Shown one piece after another: positions 63,859 to 64,000 of a DNA stretch of 64,000 nucleotides. The notes beneath the pieces were generated by a model. That model was not told the DNA's origin. It saw nothing but the letters and a program-made list of their open reading frames with translations, and did no database searches. Each line of letters starts with the position of its first letter. Position 1 is the first letter of the stretch. Made by a program: the position numbers and the translations under genes. The DNA is from an uncultured Alphaproteobacteria bacterium. Its GTDB lineage: Bacteria; Pseudomonadota; Alphaproteobacteria; Acetobacterales; Acetobacteraceae. The stretch lies in NCBI GenBank assembly GCA_963790515.1, contig CAWBPF010000005.1, forward strand, positions 119,916-183,915, given 5' to 3'.

Positions 63859-64000
63859 ATGGACGACACGCCGTGCCGGCACGCGGCGAACCGATCCGCC
63901 GGTTGCAATGACTGGGACGGTCGGACAGTGGCGGTGATCCGCAATCGCGGCTATGGCGTTCCGGGTTCACCCAAATCCCACCAGATGCCGGTGAAGGCGG

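Overview
High-GC alphaproteobacterial chromosomal DNA; gene content (AarC-like CoA transferase, MCP-PilZ relic, RTX-tailed surface protein) is compatible with Acetobacteraceae/Rhodospirillales, but this is inference. From left to right: a partial glycosyltransferase-like gene and a small RTX protein; a LysR; a complete F7-type chemosensory operon (STAS-cheY-cheA-cheW-Aer2-like 4xPAS receptor-cheR-cheD-cheB-McpA-like receptor) ending in a STAS and anti-sigma kinase pair; a TRAP transporter; a wHTH-TPR regulator/MBL hydrolase/NDH-2-like cluster; a divergent di-heme enzyme and AcpA phosphatase pair; a SWIM-SNF2 helicase; two paralogous MFS permeases; a TPP riboswitch directly upstream of a lone YurR-like FAD oxidoreductase; a KirBac channel; TetR/VOC/MAPEG; a cNMP-FHA protein; a Kef antiporter; a 2268-aa repeat adhesin; a complete IS630 element; a kinase/acyl-CoA dehydrogenase/SDR operon resembling lva/ACAD10-11 4-hydroxyacid catabolism; a CoA transferase; an IDH-family enzyme; and a TPP-enzyme/CoxG/MFS/LLM cluster. 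I saw no CRISPR array, tRNA or rRNA. Clustered frameshifts (27-30, 42 and 53-57 kb) look like sequencing errors. The best candidates for undescribed biology are the TPP-riboswitch-controlled YurR-family oxidase and the heme+flavin PAS chemosensory operon with a putative partner-switch output. All family assignments are from motif recognition by eye; no searches were run.
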